From Emiliania huxleyi CCMP1516 (lineage: Eukaryota): a DNA stretch of 64,000 nt. Shown piece after piece: positions 59,058 through 64,000 of this stretch. Where the stretch lies: positions 1,085,081-1,149,080 of the forward strand of contig NW_005201287.1 in the NCBI RefSeq assembly GCF_000372725.1, written 5' to 3'. Position 1 is the first letter of the stretch; every line of letters starts with the position of its first letter. The notes beneath the pieces were generated by a model. It searched no databases. It worked only from the letters and a program-made list of their open reading frames with translations, and was not told the DNA's origin. The position numbers and the translations under genes are program-made.

Positions 59058-60836
59058 TTATTTGGTGTGCACAGTGAGAAAGATAGCTAGAAGAAACCCC
59101 CCGCGCGACGGAAGCGGCCTGACTAGCCGCCGTACATGAGGGAACAGGGAGGAGGGAGGAGGGGAACGCGTGCACGGCGGACGGGCACGCGAACGGCCCC
59201 CTCCCCGCGGTGTCAAAGGGCTGTAGAGTGTCTGTTGGTTCCGAGCGAGAGACGGCTGCCGGTGCTGCGCGAGTGCGGGGCGCTGCGATCGGGCTCTAGC
59301 GGCGGAGCTCACTGCTGCTGCTCCCCCTGCTGAATGCGCTGCAGCGCCGCGATGAGTTCCGCCATCTCGCCCTGGCCCGCCGGCGCGAGGGGACGGGGAG
59401 GCGGCGGCCCGCATAGCGTCCCCTGCGCGTGCTTGCGCTGCAGCGAGGGGAGCGCCTCGGCCACCGCCGACCAGCCGCTGGCGGCGAGGGCGCTCGCCAC
59501 TCGCTTGTCGGCGGCGGCGGCGGCCTCGATCACGACGGCAGCCTCGATCCAAAAGGGGCGCAGCGGCGGCGGAGAGGCGCGCGGCGGCGGCGCGGCGGCG
59601 CCGTCATCGCCGCCGCCGCCGCCGCCGCCTCTGGCGAGCTCTGGAGCGAGGGCGGCGACGACAGAGTGGTGGAAGGCCCAGCTGCCGGAGAGGGTCGCTT
59701 CGCGGAGGGCGCGCGAGCCTCCGAGGAGGGAGGCGCGCACGAGGGCGAGCGCCGCCACCTGCGAGGGGCGCGAGGAGGAGCCTCTCGCCGCTTCCCTCGC
59801 CAGCCTCCGGTGTGGGGGGGAGGGAGCGGCGGGGCGTTGGGCGCGGGGCGGAGGGCGAGTGACCTGCAGCAGCGAAGCGGCCGGGTAGTGCTCCAGGAGC
59901 GTCGCGGCGCGGCTCGCCGGCGGCGGCTGGCAAGCAGCGAGCGCGGAGGAGAGCACGGGCCGCTTGGCCGAGACGAGGGTCACCTACGGCCGCGAGAGAC
60001 CCCACCGTGCCTCTACACCATGCCATTGCCTCCTCTCCAGCCTCGCCGTCGGAGGAGGCGCGCCGCACCAGGAGCTGCAGCAGCCGCAGCCGCGCCAGGC
60101 CGAGCGTCGGCCGCACGGCGCCCGAGCCGCCGCTGGCCGCGGGCAGGTCGAGCAGCGAGCACAGAGCGGCCGCGTTGGTGGAGCACCACTTTAGGGCCTT
60201 GGGCAGCAGCTTTGGGTTTGTGCCGGGGACGAGAGCGTCGACCTCGGCTTGCGCCGCGCGCAGTAGCGCGTCGGCGGCATCGGCGGCGGCGACGCCGTGG
60301 GCCGTCTCCGCACTTGCAGTCAGGAGCGTGGCGGTCGCCTTGTCAAAGCTCAGCCCCTCTGGGCCAGTCTCGTGCCTCGCGCTGAAGATCTCGCCGATGT
60401 CTGGCGCCGCCGCCGCAGCAGCAGCAGCAGCTTTTTTGCGCGCAGCCGCCGCCTTCTGCTTCTCGCGCTTGAGCTGGCTCGCACTCTTGCCAGCGCCAGC
60501 AGCCTCGGTGCCAGCAGCCTCGCCGCCGTCAGTGTTCGCAACAGCCTCAATACCGCCGCCGTCGCCGTCGCCGGCACCGCCGTCGCCGTCGCCGGTACCG
60601 CCGTCGCCGCCCTTCTTCTTCTTCTTCTTGCGAGGCTTTTTGTCCGCCTGGCTGGGTAGCATAAAGGCAGAGGCCTCCTCCATGGATGGCAGGAAAAAGA
60701 ATTTTGATCTACTATGGAGAGCAAGCGATCGGCAGGCGGCGGCGGCGTCGCAGGACGAGGCAGAGGAGAGCGACGCGACAGGGGAAGAAGCGACAGGAGA
60801 GAGAACGACGAGAGTGGGACGACCGCGGGGTGGCAT
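59058..60836 (-). CDS. Hypothetical multi-exon protein
   Basis: Protein-like exons in alternating frames separated by GT/GC-AG intron-like tracts; ends uncertain. Confidence 0.45.
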
Positions 60837-61372
60837 GAAGGTTGCAGCGAGAATCGGCGAGAGACTGCGAAGAGAGATAGGAAGAGGCGGACGCCCAAGG
60901 GTGGGCGACGGCTAGCGCACCACACCCCTCTCCTTAAAATCCCTGTGTGGTGGCGGCGTGCCGTCCTCCCATCCAGAAGCGACGGACACGAATCCCTCTC
61001 CGAGCCTCCGCATACAGAATCCTGTCTCGGGTGGCAGAATCGCTAGTGCAGAATCCTCAGGCCTGGACAGGGTTCTCCAAGACTCTATAATCCCTGGTGG
61101 CGGCGGCATGCCGTCCTCCCATCCCTCCCTTGGCGTGTCTGTTTTCTTTCTTTTCTTTCTGTGCCCTGCCGAGGCTGCCGTCTCCCCCATCCCTCCCTTG
61201 GATTTGTTCTTTCTTTCTTTCTTCCGGTCACCAACTACCGTCCTCCCATCCCTCCCTTTGGGTTCCTGCTCTTGGCGCGCACTGGCACTAACACAGGAGA
61301 CAGGTACACCACGGGAGCAGAAGCACAAACTTTGAGGGCCCTTAATCGAAGCAGGCACTCACACGCATCCCG

Positions 61373-62449
61373 TCACTTCCCGTACATCCCAAGCAAGACG
61401 GCGCCTCCGATGATCACCAGCACGGAGACGGAAAAGAGGAGCAGGGACGGCGCGCCTCGGATCTCTCCGAAGAAGAGCGCGCCCCAGAGCCCCGCCACGA
61501 CGATGCACGTCTGGGTGAGGGGGTACCCGACGGCCTGCCCTAGGTGCAGGGTAGCGAACGTGGACTCGAAGTTTCCGATGGCCCAAAACACGCCGGTGAT
61601 GAGACCGGGCAGCGCGAGCTCGGAGCACAAGAGCGGCGGCTGCGGTCGGAAGGGGACCCGCGCGTATAGCAGGAAGAAGATGGGCTGGACCGCCGCCACG
61701 CCCGTCGCAAAGGTGGCGATGTACCCCATCCCGACGCTCGCCCCGTCCTGCCCAGAGCGCTCCTCGGAAAAGTAGTGGAACGGCACCATCAGCGAGCCAT
61801 TAAGGAGGCCGCAGCCGAGGGCGCCCAGCCAGCCAGCCCCCGCCCTCGCGGCAGCACCGCCCACGCGGCCCTCCGCCGGATTCAAGAAGGCCTCGGCTGC
61901 GGCCTCGGCTTCCGGCGGGCCGAGGCTGCCGCTCTGCGCTGTTGCCACTCCGGCGACGCCGGCAGCCAAGGTGCAAAGCGCCGCCACGGCGCCGGTGACG
62001 GAGCTGGGCCGCTCAGCAAAGACGAGCGTGCCCCACAGAAAGCTGACGATCATCGTCGTCGATCCCCACGTCGCCACAGCGACGCCATAGCCGATCCCGT
62101 CGATGCCAATTTTGCCACACATCATGCTGCTGATCCAAAGGGATGCGCCCGCAAACCCCCAGAAGGAGAAGGAGAAGGGCGTGAGTGCGAGGACGAGGAT
62201 CGAGCTGAGGGCAACCCCGGCCGAGAAGTAGAGCTGAAATATGGGCGGGTCTGCGGCGGACACCTCTGGGAGCTTGATGAGGATGCCATACGAGCCAAAC
62301 GCCCACACCGCTCCCGCCACGGATACCCACCCCGTCGCTTCGGACGCGGACTGCAGGCAGAGTAGCGTGCCGGCGAGGCAGGCCGCGTTGATGGCCGCCA
62401 CGCCGATCGAGGCCCGCCAAATGCGCGAGCTGTCGTCCGTGGGCGGCAT
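61373..62449 (-). CDS. TMEM144: TMEM144-like (DMT) transporter
   Basis: AFGSYGILIK, FQLY, GYGVAVATW, GVFWAIGNF, LGQAVGYPLTQ, GLWGALFFGEIRG. Confidence 0.8.
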   Translation of the reverse strand: MPPTDDSSRIWRASIGVAAINAACLAGTLLCLQSASEATGWVSVAGAVWAFGSYGILIKLPEVSAADPPIFQLYFSAGVALSSILVLALTPFSFSFWGFAGASLWISSMMCGKIGIDGIGYGVAVATWGSTTMIVSFLWGTLVFAERPSSVTGAVAALCTLAAGVAGVATAQSGSLGPPEAEAAAEAFLNPAEGRVGGAAARAGAGWLGALGCGLLNGSLMVPFHYFSEERSGQDGASVGMGYIATFATGVAAVQPIFFLLYARVPFRPQPPLLCSELALPGLITGVFWAIGNFESTFATLHLGQAVGYPLTQTCIVVAGLWGALFFGEIRGAPSLLLFSVSVLVIIGGAVLLGMYGK

Positions 62450-63078
62450 GCTTTGAGTGTTGTTGAAGGATGGTAGTAACGCTTTGAGTGTTGTTGAAGG
62501 ATGGTAGTATGGCAGTGCGGTCGGAGGGCGGCCGGGTCGCGCCGGAGCGGCCAGCGCGGGGAGGTGGGGGTGGTGCAAAGTAACGCGAAGGACGAAAGTC
62601 GCGCAAAAACTCTTTAATTTAATTCACCCGATAGATCTACCATCATCTGGCCCGCTGTGGGTGCGCTTCTTAGCTCCCCGCCCTGGATGTGAGGTTACCG
62701 ACTGCACTCCAAGTGCTCCAAGTGCTTCCACGTTCATGAACCACTTCCTACTTGTGCAGGCCCGGTTTCCCGGGAGCTAGCCCATATCTCAACGCGGCGC
62801 ATCTGTTTTAAATTCGTTCTTTCTTACTGGCGCGCACTGGCTCCCCGCACAACAGACCTGTAACACAGGGTCTAGAACATCCTGCTCAAAGACGAGATCG
62901 GCAAGCCGCTTCCACACACGCGAGTGAGGGCACGTGCTGTATCCAGTTCCACATTCGATCTCTTCAACGGGGTGGGGGTGGGGGTGGGGTGGGGTGTGTG
63001 CGCGCGCGATGGGGGAGGCAACGGGCACAGGGGTGCTCGAGTGCTGGGCCGCCGTACTGGCCGCCTAAGCCCGGCCGG

Positions 63079-63347
63079 CTCTCGACCTTTGATTCGCTAC
63101 CTGTAAGGGCTCGCGACCATAGCCTGCACGAGCCAGCCCTCCCCAGCGCTGCCTTTGCTTTCGGTCGAGTGCCACTGGAGGATAGCTCTCGACCTTTGAT
63201 TGGTTACCTGTATGAGCTCGCGACCATAGCCTGCACGAGCCAGCCCTCCCAAGCGCCGCCTTTGCTTCTGGGGCTGAGACGCTTGTGTCGGTCGAGTGCC
63301 ACTGGAGGATAGCTCTCGACCTTTGAGTGGCTTCCTGTATGAGCTCG
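63079..63347. repeat. ~2.3 tandem copies of a ~107-127 bp unit
   Basis: CTCTCGACCTTTGA..CCTGTA..GCTCG recurs at ~63079, ~63186 and ~63313. Confidence 0.85.
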
Positions 63348-64000
63348 TACCCGCTGGTGCCAACGGATCCGCCATCCACGGCTCGGCTTCTGCACCTCGC
63401 GTGCATCGTGAGCTTTGCCGCGGGGGGGAGGTTGCCCGACGTGATGCATGAAGCAATCATGGGCGAGAGCGGCATATTGACCTCGTTCCTGCAGCCCTTT
63501 GAGTAGAACATGTGCGGCGAGCAGTCGCCGTTGCACGGCAACGACGGCCGCGACTCGAAAGCCCGCTTGAATTTGGCATCGCGCCTCATGTAGTTGATCA
63601 AAACGCCGTCCAGCCATCGGTAGTTGCCCACGCCCCCAACGTTGCCACTCGGCACCGTGCGGTTACTCGACGATAATACAAGAAGAATACGCAGCTTGGA
63701 AGTTGCAGACGCCTATAAAGAAAAAACAGCCAGCTAAATTTCGGCGGCTAAAAAGCAAAGGACGGGCGCTTTTGATCGGCAAAGCAAAGTTGGAGTAACG
63801 GCGACCGCGTCGCCACAATGCCAGTCGCCTGTCGAGCAGCCTTGGCGGCGCGCATGCGCCGCAGGGTTGACCGACAGCCGCGCGCCTCGAGCCTCTCGCT
63901 CCACTCGCGGCACGACGCGCCCCGCGCGCCGGTCAGCGCAGCAGGAGTATTGCGACATGCTGCACAACGCCAGGGACAGCACTGAGAAGCTGGCGCCAGT

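Noticed and set aside
60945..61265. Repeated CCGTCCTCCCATCC motif, also at ~10495-10550
   Set aside because: Real dispersed repeat debris, but ends and TSD could not be defined
62450..62509. 29-bp direct duplication just upstream of the TMEM144 start
   Set aside because: Simple local tandem duplication with no insert or further structure

Overview
This is GC-rich eukaryotic nuclear DNA. It is most consistent with a haptophyte alga such as Emiliania/Gephyrocapsa huxleyi (inferred from frequent GC-AG introns and the 'AEGLRLHLS..GYKGV' AP2 family). About 20 protein genes are recognisable: SHQ1 3' end, CS/ARM protein, COPI-associated protein, ferredoxin-like+TPR protein, large NAD-glutamate dehydrogenase, a phosphatase-CK1 kinase fusion, tandem AAA ATPase, BRCT-PARG, AP2/Tudor protein, Canopy-like protein, NFU1, amino-acid transporter, EamA, amine oxidase and TMEM144. 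The spacers are packed with mobile-element debris: TIR elements with 4-bp, 8-bp and TA target-site duplications (TSDs), a foldback element, CRE- and RTE-like non-LTR fragments, and tiny (21-76 bp) retroposon 3' ends with their own TSDs. The most striking signal is that several short introns are bracketed by 10-26 bp direct repeats spanning the splice junctions. Two of them (both 67 nt, in unrelated genes) share a 3' sequence, one needs a GA donor, and one contains a telomere-variant (TGAGGG)n array with its own duplication. This suggests intron creation by insertion with target duplication. Gene models and family names come from reading motifs by eye, not from database searches.
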